Assembly: GCA_032718475.1 (NCBI GenBank)
Contig: JAUCBJ010007186.1
Coordinates: 1-64,000, forward strand
DNA length: 64,000 bases
Direction of reading: 5' to 3'
From: Nemertoderma westbladi
Taxonomy: Eukaryota > Animalia > Xenacoelomorpha
The position numbers and the translations under genes were made by a program. A model generated the notes under the pieces. The model saw only the letters and a program-made list of their open reading frames with translations, was not told the DNA's origin and did not search any database. Below are positions 1-13,372 of the stretch, in pieces (the first letter of the stretch is position 1; each line of letters opens with the position of its first letter).

Positions 1-1150
1 TACCCCTGTCGAAATCAGTCTAAAGGGTCAAGCCTAAATGTAACAATACCGTTGTCCAGACAAACAACAGTTTAATAACGAAAGTGAAATACTCCTTATC
101 TTGCCGCAATCAAATCAGATCCTAATTGTACAAATACAAATAATTTCCTCCTAACGTAATGTATAGTACGCTATAGCTAGTAGAACTTTAAGGGCGATAT
201 GTTTTAGGGCGTGTGTGTGTGGGTGTGTTACAAATAAAACAATTTCGTGTAATTCCTTTTACTAGGTTTTAGTGATTTTCTGACTAAAATGATACCGTGC
301 GCTAGCTACTAAAATAAACTAGTCGCGTTTGTAGAACTTTATACTCACGAATGACGTCAAAGCTCTCTCCTTCCTATCCACAACCCAATGGGCAACCACA
401 GTGTTAGTAACTACACCCGTGATCGGCACTAATACCAGATTCTGGTTGTAAGATAAGAATAGGGGTTAATCGCTACCGTACGTTAGCTGATCTGGTATAC
501 TAATTTAATTCTAGAATTTTGTTGCTGCGGTAGTTAGCAGCAATACCTATCAGTACGTGGCAAGGCGCGGTAGGATATTAATAAAACCTCCCTAGGCCAA
601 GCAGTGTGCCGGTAGCAGAAATACTCCTTGCCTGATCAAATAGCTAACTCCAGACGGGGGGGGGGGGGGGGGTACTAATGTACGTTCTACAAAGCGAACC
701 GGTACCAAACAGTCAGTGCTATGAATCACTAAATTATGGAACGTATGCTGTCCGTGCCTAATGTGTACTCGCGTACTGACGAATGGCAATAGTTCGCACC
801 TGTAGGAAGTACAGGTTAACCCAGGGGTTCGTAGGACTGACAAGAGATTGGGGGTTGTCTGGATATAATTATTTGATCCTAAATTTGCGGCGTCCAGTAC
901 GGTGTCACGCTTACCCTGATCTATAGGTCTTACGGCGGGCAAGGGCGTCGAACAAAGTCTTACCTTCTCACAAAGCGGGCGCTGCATAGCAAGTTGAGCA
1001 TTTCGAAGGGGGCAAAGGGGGTGCGCGGTCAATCCAATGTGGGCGCTAGCGTGTTGTGGACATCCCTTCCCTGCGTTGCTTACGGCCTAACGATCTAGGC
1101 TGCCATCTCCCTGGTGTTCGGCTGTCCCGAAGTCGGACCAAAAGAAAACA

Positions 1151-1573
1151 TGTCAGGAAATTGCAGTATATTTACAGTTTTAACAAAGGATTTATCAAAG
1201 TAAGTTTCAACAAGAAACCGAATTAACTAATTTTACAAGAATAAAGTGATAGAGTAACGTTATAAGAAATTATAATGGAAGTCAAGGTGATAACCGAAGG
1301 CAAACCGGCCTTTTATACTAGAAATTGCACATGGAAACTAAACAGAAATTTCCACAGCTTCACAATTGAGCAATGAAGTACGTCGTGCCCTATGATTGGC
1401 CCAGCTCATCGTTCAACGCAGTCCAGCCCTTACACTAATCTGGGACATGGAATCCTAACAGAATTTTCCACTGCCTCACATTTGAGCAATAAGGTAATTT
1501 ATGCCCTATGATTGGCCTGGCTCATTATTCGCTACGCTGTACGCTTCTCATTGGCCTATCAATTAGCACCACA
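1151..1573 (-). mobile_element. Possible 5' LTR of an LTR retrotransposon running off the left edge of the window
   Basis: The minus strand reads TGTGG...TGACA and contains repeated CCAAT boxes in a ~120-bp imperfect tandem duplication plus a TATAAAA. About 10 nt further on comes TGGTCCGAC (PBS-like). No second LTR or ORF is in the window. Confidence 0.35.
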
Positions 1574-1600
1574 CGAAAATAAATGGCCCCAAAATACAAA

Positions 1601-1672
1601 TTTCCCGACTGGGATTCGAACTCGTAACCTACGTAATGTAACCAACGCCTTAACCATCTGACCACTACGCCA
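1601..1672 (-). mobile_element. tRNA-derived SINE head or tRNA pseudogene
   Basis: The minus strand has A-box-like TGGCGTAGTGG/TGGTCAGATGG and B-box GAGTTCGAATCC at tRNA-like spacing. The acceptor stem does not pair. Confidence 0.5.
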
Positions 1673-2629
1673 CGAGAGTACCTAAGGGTTTTATGTGTAC
1701 AAATATGAATAGGCATATTACATTACTGTAACTTAATCAAAATACGTCGGATTTTCAAAAGTTTTTACGTTAAAGTTAAACTACAAATGCTACCTTATAG
1801 TGAAATAATTCATCAATCAAGTGTAATAAGTTTTTTTGAATTCTAGAGATGAATAAATGCCTTTATAATATTATAAATGTTTGAGTTCAAACAGACTTTA
1901 ATGTATATTCCTTATTGTGTACAAACAAACATCACCTCTAGAAAAAGAATTGAAAAACAGACGAAAGCGGTGCTATATGAAACCTTCAGCTATTAAAAGC
2001 GGTGCTTTATGAAACCTTCAGCTTTTTAAAACAATAGTGAACATATTTCAGAAACCAAAAATCAATGAGTAACTATATGAAAATAAACTGCATCAAAAAC
2101 TTAGGAAGACAATACAAAAAGTAGTTACCATAGAGATATGACTGCGCTTGTTCATAAGGTCTGAGTCACCGATAAAAATGAGAGCTTTAATGTTCTCCTA
2201 AGTAATGGACCTCTTCAACACAGGTACGCAATTTACCGGTAGTGAAATTGAAAACAGCATGATTATATTTTATTTTATTATGATTTTACTTATTTTATAA
2301 CACCCCATAGAAATATAAATCATATTGCTGACATATCTTATTGAAGGCAATGTCGTCGACATAAATCGTATCCCCATGTTTTCACACAAGGAGGGCAACT
2401 TAGTGAGCAATTGGATAATTAAAAAATTCTTCTAGAATTATATACTGAATAAAAAAATGTAATTACTCACTATGAAACACAGAAAAAATAATGAGGACAA
2501 TAAATATAAAATTATTGTTAAACATGAAATCCAAAAACAATGTCCTCATCGAGTAGCCAACCCTTAGTTGATTTAAATAATTTACTTTTAATTCATGTAC
2601 TTGTTGTCGACAATAATTGATTTGGCTGG

Positions 2630-2930
2630 CCAAGGACACCCCGTTGGGGTTAGCAATTGTTGAACCGGATTGAAAATACCTAATGATTACGGTAACTAAG
2701 CTTGTACATGGATTAATATTATCTGTACGTAATGACATTACCAGTACCCGCTGTTTGTTTTACAATTCTATAAATTCCTGCTGTGCTCTATATCTACTGG
2801 TCGGATTTCCAGTTAATCGCCTCGCAGCCGAGATCGCTAGGTGGTCTCTTATCCCTCGCAACAAGCGCCTTTGTAAATGCGGGCCCAAACAGACTGACAT
2901 CCATGTTTTACTAATTGCTTCCTCGTAGGC
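2630..2930 (+). mobile_element. 3' fragment of LINE ORF2 (C-terminal Cys/His domain), degenerate
   Basis: RFPVNRLAAEIARWSLIPRNKRLCKCGPKQTDIHVLL resembles the common LINE ORF2 tail motif RxxxHxLxIExGRWxxxPRxxRLCxC...HVLL. Confidence 0.6.
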
Positions 2931-4191
2931 GATACATCAATTATAATGAGTTTTCATAGATGCCCTGACTGTGGTGCCTTAGTAACCGAACTTTATATTA
3001 GAAGCATATATATTTTTTGGTAATACTTATTGGGATAACATAAGTTGTCTATATAGATATATCTATTTATAATTCGTTATGGAAAGTGCCGTAATTTAGT
3101 ATTGTAATGCAACTAAGGCAACAATAATGCTCGAAAATATCAACACTTTTGTTATATATTGGCAATACTGAATGGTAATGTAATCTTCTCGCAATTTTGT
3201 GTATTTTCTTTTGTGATGTTGATCTTATATCTAATATTATGCTTTTACTTTGTATACTTTTATGAATAATTAATTATTAGAGTTAGATTTAAATGACTAT
3301 TTGTGTCAGTAGTTATGATTAATTGGACTATATCAATATAATCATCCATCTATCTATCTGTGTATTCAACATTGGCATTGTGGTTGATTTCTTTGCCTTG
3401 AAAATTAAAATGTAAGTAAATGAAAACTTTGTTAACCCCACATCAGGTCAGGGAAATTTTCATTTCACAAAAATGCTTTAAAGGGAAAAGCCAGGGCTCA
3501 TCTCTGCCTTGCATCTTTAAAGGGTGACCTAAATGGGTAATGGGGTAGTTTCCCCTGGGGAGTATAGTTCGAACTAATGTGTAATCCCTGGCATACCGGC
3601 CGAAACTTTACTTTAGTTTAATCTAAATGTAGAAAAGCGAGGGGATTAGCGATCTTAGTCTGATTTAACATGTGATATATGAACATTTATTGCCCCCAAC
3701 AAACGAATAAACGAATGCGATTACTCTTCGCTCTGGCGAAATGCAACAATAATGGAGTCAAAGGCGCAAAATGACCGCAAACACCAAATGTATGTTTAGT
3801 GGGTTTGTAAAATGAATTTAATTTAATTTAAAACATAAACATAAAGGGAAAGGAGCAGGATACAAAGGCGGTGTTTTCTAACCAAAACAATAAACGAGAC
3901 TTTATTCCCCTTGTGGTCAATGTGCGCCACTCACTATCTGCAAGAATGTTAACGACAGATAGGAAAAAAATATTAAAAATTTCCTAAAATTATTCACGTG
4001 ATCGAATGCCTTTGAAGCATCTTGAAAAGCGGGATGTACACATTTCGGTCGAAATTTTAATAAAATTTCATAGGCCTATACCATTACTGGTCCTACTGTC
4101 TGCCTGAATAATTTGGTTTAATTTGAATAATTAGTTTGGATGATCGAATTCCAGAACTCGATAGAACCTTTCTCGTTTGTGTTGACTAGTC

Positions 4192-6505
4192 ATGCCCGCC
4201 TGTAAGAAATATGGTACCCAGAAAACCTCCCTCCCATCAACTGGAAAACACGTTGGTCTCTGCCAATCATGTAGGCCTCGACAAGACTCGATATCAGATG
4301 ATAACGTGATAATTGAGTTGGATAATGTAATAAACGCTTCAGATGGCTACGAGGACGACTTTTGGATGAAACTGCAAAGTATACTTGATGTAAAGCTCGC
4401 ACCGGTTAGCAAAAACTGGACAATCTATCAAGTAAGTTCGACGAACAAGAGAAATTAATTACAACCCTCGAAGCTAAGAACAGTAACTTAGAAAACAGAG
4501 TGGAGGATTTGGCTTGTGAAAATGATTCTCTAAAAGATGTCGTGAAGGAACAACAAAATTACTGACGCGCAATGATAAAGATGAAAGGCTTAAACGCCTT
4601 ATTCTTACAGGTATCCCTGAATCGAAATTAAACTCAGACAAAGAAGTGGTGTGCCAAATACTAGATGCTATCAGATGTGCCGGGATAAAGTTTGAAAGTT
4701 GCCGTCGCATAAGAGAACTCAATCAGCTCAAAAGCGCCCTTGTCTACTTTGCGTTACATTTCAGTTCTGGTCTGACAGGAACCTCGTCCGTAAAAATTCT
4801 GATAAACTTCAAAATATCGAAAGTTTCAAACATATAAGGATAAAGACAGATCGCACTAAAGCCGATTAAGATGAATACAAACGCCTATATACAAGGTGCG
4901 ACTCACTCATCAAGCAAGGAGATAAAGCGGATATTCGTTTCAATAAACTCTATGTTAACGACAACGAGATCGACAAAATAAAAACCATGAATACGGTTTT
5001 TTAGAAACTGGGTTTGTTTGGCAAGATTTTAACTTAAAAACTATCTCATGGAATGTTAATGGTGCAAACACCTTACTTAATGCAGATGTAGCTCAATTTT
5101 TGTCTAGCTTCCACCTCATATTTATCTCAGAAACGCACAGTATCGCTAACCAACGGACACTAAATCTAATCGATTTCATAACTATCGAATTTCCTAACTT
5201 GGATTGTAATGAGTCCTTCCCTAGAGGTGGCTGTTCACTCTCATACCATACTTCTATCAAAAATCTAGTCCTGTGTATCAAGCCATTTTATACAGACTGT
5301 GTAGAAAGAAGTCAGACTCATGAATAGATCCCAATATCTCTTTATGTATATTCCACCTTACGATTCACCTTATTATAATGAACAATATTTTGCTGCTCTC
5401 AGTGGGAAGCTTTTGCACAGTCATGAAATACCTACTACTGTTATTGGTGATCTAAACTGTAGATTGGATAATTTAAACAACCTAGCGAACTCGTTCTCCT
5501 ATATGTCCAATCCAGATAATCGCATAAACTGTAATGGAAACAACCTACTTAAACTCATTACTGACTTTGAACTTCTACCACTCAACCATCTTATAAAAAG
5601 ACAATCTGTAAACGACAGTGGCTTTACATTTATTAGGGGTCAACTCCAAAGTCAACATGATTGGTGTATTAACAACACGTCAGTAACCCTAGGTGACTTC
5701 ATACTAATGGTATGTAGAAACGCTCCACCAATCTCAGATCATTTCCCCCTAGCTCACTCTCACAGATTTACAACTATAACAGATCTTTACTCGGTACTTG
5801 TTGGTGCTTGAGACCTTTACAGAGAAACCAACAATCATAGTAAAAGACCATATTTTCCTGCTTACATGATCAACTCAACAACTATGGAAAACACACTTCA
5901 TCAACTTCTCCCTCCTCTAACTAGCTTGAGGTCAATGAACTCTATGGAGGTCGCCACTCTGATACAAAAGTTGCTGAAGGGATCTGCTGCATCGAGTTTA
6001 GTTCCGAATAGAACGAATCATAACCCTGCTGAACTCTTTAATCATGTTCAAAGGAATCACCCCCTCAACAGCCACGAATACCTTACGAACTGGTCCATCA
6101 CATCAACGAATTAAAAAGCTGGGCTGAATGTCTGAGTAATGACGATTCCCACTCTCTGTGGAACAAGATAGATTTCAAGGGTCGACTTAACCACTCAGCT
6201 GCAGCCACATTCGATAAGCCTTCCGAAACAACAGCAGATGTATCCGAGCTAGCTGATCATTTTGAAAAGTACTTCAACATTGATCCACAAGAGTGTGACT
6301 TATCTGGAATTTATGGAACGTCAAACCCTAATATGGATAAAGAAATTTCCGACGATGAGATCAGATCAGCCGCAAATAAACTGAACAATAACAGCAGCAG
6401 TCAGCAGGTCAGATAGTATATCCCCTAAAACTCTACAAGATGATCATGCCCCAACAATCATGCCATACTTATTATGCCTGTTTAACTCAATATTCAGAAC
6501 AGGTA
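4192..6505 (+). mobile_element. Degenerate LINE: ORF1 plus AP-endonuclease and start of the RT linker, cut off at the MULE insertion
   Basis: ORF1-like pieces (Cys-rich N-terminus, KRLILTGIPES) are followed by APE motifs ISWNVNG (~5040), FISET, YIPP, IGDLNCR and SDHFPL. Multiple stops and frameshifts are present. Confidence 0.8.
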
Positions 6506-6509
6506 TTGG

Positions 6510-8290
6510 GGCCTATGGAATCCGGACAATTGCGACCCGGACAATTGCGACCTGGACAATTGCAACCCGGTCAATTGCGACCCAGTCAATTGCGACACAT
6601 AAATTTTTTCAAAAATCATGGGTCACAATTGTCCAGGTCGCAATTGGCCGGGTCGCAATTGTCCAGGTCGCAATTGACTGGGTCGCAATTGACCGGATAA
6701 AGAAAAGGACAATTTTGGTTTTTCAGTCTATTAAAAAGAAAAATAATTATATAAGTTTTTAAGTATTAAATAATATGTTAATTTTATGTAATAAATTCAT
6801 GTTCTAGAATTTAGATAAAGTAATATTACACTTACAACAGTTTAATACTGCATTAAAACGTTTTTTTACTGTTCTCTTTTCATATATGTTTCCAAGTGAT
6901 TAGACAAATTCTAGAATATTTTGTTTGTTTTATTTTTCCTCGGTTTTAGTACACTATTATTTCAAAGCGAATTTAATTCATTGTTTTATTCTCTGGTAGT
7001 GAAAGATCATAGGTGATGGGTAGTCTAAGATTAACAATAGAGAAGGGGAAACCATTGTTTGTTTATGTGGGGTATTGTTATCGCTTCCACAAAAAGTTGG
7101 CAGGAGGTAGGAGGTAGGAGGTGTGAAAGAGAAAAAGTTTAACTGGAAAGCTTCAACAAAGGCATTAGAGGGAAACGTTTTAGATTTTGTGGGGGTTCAT
7201 TGCTGTGGTGCCCCTGATCTTTGTGGATTAGCTTCCCGATCCGTGATGTCAATTGTTCGAGAGTCATCAAGTGTTGAAAATCCCCCATCAACACATACAA
7301 GTGTATCCAAAGCTGTTTCATCTTTCAGTGGTGCTACAGCTGCGTCTCTTCCATGCGTAAGTAATATTAAATGCAACATTCGTCGTCTTAAATCTGAGTC
7401 TAATAAAGAAAACGAACCATACCCCATAGATTCACGTTTTGAGATGATTGAAAAATACACTTTCACTAATGATGGTCTTCCCTTCTTATGCTTTGACACT
7501 ACTCTTGATAAAGATAAAAGAGTTTTAGTGTTTTGTTTGGAAAGTGCCTCTGAGGTTTTGAAGAGCTCTGATCATTGGTATGGAGATGGTACTTTTAAAG
7601 TAGCACCTCAATTATTCTATCAGGTTTATACCATCCATGCTGTAGTTAGTTCTTGCGCTATACCCTGTGTTTTCGGTATTCTTCCAGGGAAATCGCAACT
7701 TTTATATTCTGTGTTTTTGTCTGCTGTTCAGGAGTTTCTTGGTGATTGTGCTCCCCTATCATTTACAAATCGATTTTGAAGGAGCAATGCGCAATGCTAT
7801 TGATGACTTGCTTCCCAATACTGATGTCAAATTTTGCTACTTTCATTTTGCGAAGTGCATTTATAACAAAGCTGTAGTTTTGGGGCTGAAGGAGGCTTAT
7901 GTGGAGAAAGGTGAAGTCTGGCTTGGCGTTAGAATGTTAATAGCACTCGCTTTCCTTCCTGAAGCTGACATCACTAAGGCTCTGGACGAACTGTTGGACC
8001 ATTTGCCAAGTAGTGTACTACTGTACTAGTCGGGGAGTATGTGGAGACTGTTTTCGTTGGTAAGCAACTGCGGCAAGGGAGAAAGCGACTATTATTCAAT
8101 CCTTCGAGATGGTCTGTACACGAAAGAGTGCTCGCTGATCTTCCACATACTAATAACTTTAGTGAAGCATACAATAATCATCTGGTTGCAAATGTTGTCG
8201 AGTAGCAATTCCTCTGTATGGAAGTTCATTGGCGGTGTTTAAGAGAGGAGTCCCTGTCCAGGATGGAAATGCGACAGTTTAGGTTTGGTG
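6510..8290 (+). mobile_element. Mutator-like (MULE) transposon with frameshifted transposase; right end not seen
   Basis: ORFs 7123-7779 and 7667-8029 contain WYGDGTFKVAPQLFYQVYTIH, PCVFGILPGKS and DFEGAMRNA...CYFHFAKCI, which are typical MULE transposase motifs. A FLYWCH-like remnant lies near 7050-7210. Confidence 0.88.
6520..6698. repeat. Foldback of 15-bp tandem repeats (CCGGACAATTGCGAC), about 5 units followed by about 5 inverted units; probable MULE terminal repeat region
   Basis: Read directly: ATCCGGACAATTGCGACC... and ...GGTCGCAATTGACCGGAT around a ~30-bp spacer. Confidence 0.9.
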
Positions 8291-9644
8291 TGACATTCCG
8301 CGTGCCGTGCTACGCCGCACCCGCACGTCACTAATATAAAAAATTTATATTGATCATCATCAACCAGATGTGTACTAGACTCATTTATTTTACACAAGTT
8401 GTTTTACAATTTTGTTTTACTACCATAGCAACGGCACTGGATTTCTGGCGATGATGTGCGATAATTATAAAAAGGTTCCATTAAAAGCATAAATCTGTTC
8501 ACGATTTAGAGTGAAGTATCTTTTTAATCCATCTCCATGGAAACAGCCAAAATGGAGCCTTTCCCCTGGGCCGATTTTTCCCGATTTTGTGCAGGACATT
8601 ACTGGACGCCTATAAAGAACAAATCACAAATTAAATAAAAATGATTGCAATTTGTTCTAGGTTACCCCATTTTTTAGGTTAACTTGGCTAGACTTGGTTG
8701 TACAATGTTGCGGTATTTAATGTGTAACCATACACAGCGTTAACATACCGCTATTAAAATGTACCCCCCCCCCCCCCCCCCCATGGCGATGTATGAACTG
8801 TAACAGTGGAATCAATATGTCCACCCCCACAACCCCCACCACTACTCCCCACCCCCGAGGAATCAGTCCTGGGAGCCGATTCTGAGAGGGACAGAATCTG
8901 CTGTTACACAGGAGACAACTCACGCAAAACTCACATGTGATCTGTTTTCTGAAACATTGCTTTTTTTATCAATGTCTGGTTCGTCTAGTTTTCCGATAAT
9001 ATCACTGGCTTCTTGTTCCTCCTGTAATGATGAGAAATAAAGATGTAAGTTAAGTGGAAGTGGGGAATATATAATTTATTGAAAGATGGTGAAGTTCTAA
9101 TAGAACATCAGGTAATGGGAAATAATAGAAAACGGACATTGGATCTGACTTTGAACAGACCAATAAGAAACCGGATTGTTCTAAAAATTAATACTAATGG
9201 TGTATGACATGGTCACCCACAGTTCGTAAGAGCGGATAGACCCTAACATTAAAACCATCTACTGTATAACAGCACCCGCTCCTCCACTCTTGTCCTCCAC
9301 TCCACGCTACTACAGACTGCATCATCAGGTCCATCCAACAATTCGTCCAGCATTATTCCCCGCTTTTAAAACCCATTTTTAGATGGTTTTGTAAATTTAC
9401 TGTAATAATATTATGATTCGTAAAATATTGACTTTGCAAAATCATCCAAAACCGCGTTTTCATAATATAACAATATCATGCCTAAAAATCGCACTAACAT
9501 TCTTTATCGGAACAAAGTTCCGGGTACTACCGGTACGGTACTGTATCTTTTATAGTCAATATTATAGTCTTAGTAATATTGACAATCTCTTATTGCTTGC
9601 TATGTTGTATATTTGTATTCGTCCTCGTTTTCTAGGCCCTTCAG

Positions 9645-9775
9645 TATCAGTAGGCCTTGGCCTACTAAAAGTAGGCCAAGGCCTACTAAAAGTAGGCCAA
9701 GGCCTACTAAAAGTAGGCCTTGCAGTAGGCCTACTAAAAGTAGGTCTTGCAGTAGGCCTAGTGCTTGCGTAGGCC
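9645..9775. repeat. Short tandem array of self-complementary units (AGGCCTACTAAAAGTAGGCC)
   Basis: About five ~21-bp units read directly. They explain the repetitive short ORFs at 9413-9921. Confidence 0.85.
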
Positions 9776-10539
9776 ATGTCAGCATGTACAGATCGTCACC
9801 TTCAAGGCAGAACCCCCTAAGTCGATTTTTTTCGATTTTCATGTTTTTGACTTTTTGGGTAATTCGATATCGGCTTTTTCGTCTGGCAGAACCCCGAAGC
9901 TTTTCTACCAGCCATTTTTGAGTTATAAGCCAAAGACAGTTCCCCGTAACTTATGCCCACTTCGAGGCAGAACCCCCCAAGTCAAAAATTGGCTTGCAAA
10001 ACACCGTAAATTCAAGTATATGAAATTCAGTCCACCTGGCAAAACCCCTTAAATCAGAAATAACAACCTGTAAAACCCCTTAAATCAGAAACAATAGCCT
10101 GGCAAAACCCCGTAATTTATCATTTATATATGTTTCCATATACATACATCCGTACATATATATATACAAACCGTATTGCGGCCAGGACACAAATATTAAT
10201 TAGGGACACAAACATTATTGAGGGACGCAAGCATTAAATGAGGGACACAAAACATTAATAGGGCAGGGACGTGAGCTTCGATCAAAGTACCGCCGTTTCG
10301 TATACATTCCATCTTCCTAATTAGATGGAAATTAATTGAAAGCGACGTTCGGTTACGTTGTTCAGCTACCTGTTTTGCTGCTACCCCCCCCCCCCCCCCC
10401 CCCCGGCTGGTATACCCCCATATTTTCAATTTACCTCCTACAACCACCATTCATGTTACATACTGTAATATATTGTATGTGTGTATGTATGTATGAGTGG
10501 TAACATGAATCATACTAAGTGCGTCGGGCGATAGTGCCC

Positions 10540-11700
10540 ATGATTAATGTTTGTGCCCTTGATTGATATCTGTCCCTCGTTTATTGTTTGTGTCCCTCAT
10601 TAATGTTTGTGTATCTCATTAATGTTTGTGTCCCTCATTAATGTTTGTGTCACTCGTTAATGTTTGTGTATCTCATTAATGTTTGTGTCCCTCATTAATG
10701 TTGTGTCCCTCATTAATGTTTGTGTCCCTCATTAATATTTGTGTTCCTCATTAATGTTTGTGTCCCTCATTAATGTTTGTGTCCCTCATTAATGTTTGTG
10801 TCCCTCATTAATGTTTGTGTCCCTCATTAATGTTTGTGTATCTCATTAATGTTTGTGTCCCTCATTAATGTTGTGTCCCTCATTAATGTTTGTGTCCCTC
10901 ATTAATATTTGTGTTCCTCATTAATGTTTGTGTATCTCATTAATGTTTGTGTCCCTCATTAATGTTTGTGTCCCTCATTAATGTTTGTGTCCCTCATTAA
11001 TGTTGTGTCCCTCATTAATGTTTGTGTCCCTCATTAATGTTTGTGTCCTTGATTGATATCTGTCCCTCGTTTATTGTTTGTGTCCCTCATTAATGTTTGT
11101 GTCCCTCATTAATGTTTGTGTCCCTCATTAATGTTTGTGCCCTTGATTGATATCTGTCCCTCGTTTATTGTTTGTGTCCCTCATTAATGTTTGTGTATCT
11201 CATTAATGTTTGTGTCCCTCATTAATGTTGTGTCCCTCATTAATGTTTGTGTCCCTCATTAATATTTGTGTTCCTCATTAATGTTTGTGTCCCTCATTAA
11301 TGTTTGTGTCCCTCATTAATGTTTGTGTCCCTCATTAATGTTTGTGTCCCTCATTAATGTTTGTGCCCTTGATTGATATCTGTCCCTCGTTTATTGTTTG
11401 TGTCCCTCATTAATGTTTGTGTCCCTCATTAATATTTGTGTTCCTCATTAATGTTTGTGTCCCTCATTAATGTTTGCGTCCCTCATTAATGTTTGTGTTC
11501 CACATTAATGTTTGTGTCCTATATCAATGTTTATGTCCCACATTATTGTTTGTGTCCTATATCAATGTTTATGTCCCACATTAATGTTTGTCACCCTGAT
11601 TAATGTTTGTCCCACACTAATGTTTGTGGCGCTGATAAATATCTATCCCTCATTTAATGTTTGTGGCGCTGATAAATATCTATCCCTCATTTAATGTTTT
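10540..11700 (+). repeat. 19-bp minisatellite (CCCTCATTAATGTTTGTGT)n inside the TIR element
   Basis: About 60 units with recurring variants. A short inverted array lies at ~10185-10265. Confidence 0.97.
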
Positions 11701-11819
11701 TGTCAAAGTTGCTATAAGTTACTCTAGGTTGCCGGACGTTTTGGACAATTTGGTCAGCAACTAGCAACTTAATTTGAGCAACATTAACTTTTAGTCTCCG
11801 TTATATGAGGCATCTTTAA

Positions 11820-13372
11820 CCCTATTAGTACCGGGCTATAAAATGTTGTACAAATACCGGGGGGGGGTCATATTGACCCCCCCCTCTAAAATCTACAAAT
11901 ATTTACGAAAACGTCTGAGTTTTTGTTTGTAAGTAGGTATCACTTGTCTGGATCCGACCGAAAAAAAAAATTTTCGAAAAAATGTACTGGGATGGTTATA
12001 TTGCAGCACCAAAATTACAAGTAGTGCACAATTTTCACCAAATTTGAAAGTTACATTTTCGGCTAATTATTTTTCAATACAGGTTTTCTGGGGTGCAAAA
12101 TACATTGGAAAATATTAAAAAATGATATGATTACTATAAATGGCTGTTTAGTCCTCTCTGTGTAGGAAAAAAATGAAAAAAACAAGTAACCAGCACTTTT
12201 CAGTTAAAACACAAAATTTTTAATTCACTTATACGATGCTATAAATTCACATTTTCAGGTTTTCGAGGGCGCTGATTCTAATGGAATACATTTCTAATCT
12301 GCCAGATCATTGCTACTTGTATTTTTCGGCGTAATTTGGAAAATTTTGGTGCTAGCACCAAATTTCGTACCCATCACCAAAAAGTACAAGTTTGCGATGT
12401 CCAGTGCTGTTTTTATTGATTCCATCGGATTCAGGACCCTCATAAACCCGTATAACGCAAGAAACAAGGTGATACTATCTACTTATCAATTTGCATATTT
12501 TCCAAAATTTGGTGCTGGCACAACAATTTTCACCCACCGGCGAAAAATAGAAGTTTGAAAACTCTTATGAAATTTTTACTGATTCCATTGAATTCAGAAC
12601 CATCACAAACCCGTATAACGCAAGAAACAAGGTGACACAATCAATTGATATATTTGATGGTTTTCAAATTTTGGTGCTAGCACCACATTTTGCACCCACA
12701 TCCGAAAAATACAAGTTTGAGATGTCTAGTTCGATAATTATATTTTCCATTGAATTCAGAACAGCCATAAACCTCTAAAACGCAAGAAATTAATTGTCAC
12801 AAGCAATTTTATCTATTGAATGGATTTTCAAAATTTCGTGCTAGCACCAAAATTTGCACACAGCACCGAAAAATACAAGTTTGATACGCTTGGTGCAACT
12901 CGTATATATTTCATCGAATCCAGAAACCCAAAAAACCACAATTGCGTAAAAAACAAGTTTCAAACTATCAATTTACAAAATTGACTTATTTCAAAATTTG
13001 GTGCTGGCACCAAAATTTGGCACCCACCGAAAAAAACAAGTTTGAAATTTCTAAATCAATTTATATGAATTCCATCAAATTTCTAACACCAAAAAACCGG
13101 TGTAAATCAAAAATAGAGATGTTACAATTCATATTTAATGAAATGTAATTTTCAAAAAACGTCTCAAAAAAAGTGCCAAAAGTAGGGTTAAAAAATGGTG
13201 CTATAACTCGAAAAGTACCCAATATTTTTGAAAACGGTTTTCACTACTAGGAAGACAATAGATTTTTAGGAAAAGTCATAAAATTTCAGATTCCCAACTG
13301 CGTTTGTTTCAGAATTATAATAAAAAAACCACGGGATGGGTCATATTGACCCCCCCCCCGGGTTTAATAGGG
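11820..13372. mobile_element. Non-autonomous piggyBac-like element nested in the TIR element
   Basis: TTAA|CCCTATTA...TAATAGGG|TTAA ends, with the subterminal palindrome GGGGTCATATTGACCCC at both ends. The element is absent from the paralogous site in copy 2 (~59625-59635). Confidence 0.85.
12335..13120 (+). repeat. About five diverged ~160-bp tandem units, each with the palindrome TTTGGTGCTAGCACCAAA
   Basis: The motif recurs near 12345, 12508, 12670, 12835 and 12997, each followed by AAGTTTG...TTCCAT.GAATTCAGA...AACGCAAGAAA. Confidence 0.8.

Noticed and set aside
592-1032. 146-aa minus-strand ORF
   Set aside because: It has a non-ATG start, its poly-Pro comes from a G homopolymer, and it has no recognisable domain.
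1601-1672. Functional tRNA gene
   Set aside because: A and B boxes are present, but there is no acceptor-stem pairing or clean anticodon arm.
3515-3760. Kolobok-like end (TTAA-AGGG...), and other transposon-like fragments at 8290-9400 and 58330-58650
   Set aside because: Only one end or generic motifs are visible, so the boundaries cannot be supported.
10540-11700. Regular short repeats (also 36079-36993, 59735-61500 and 63295-64000) as a CRISPR-like array
   Set aside because: The units are head-to-tail with no unique spacers, there are no cas genes, and the context is eukaryotic. These are minisatellites.
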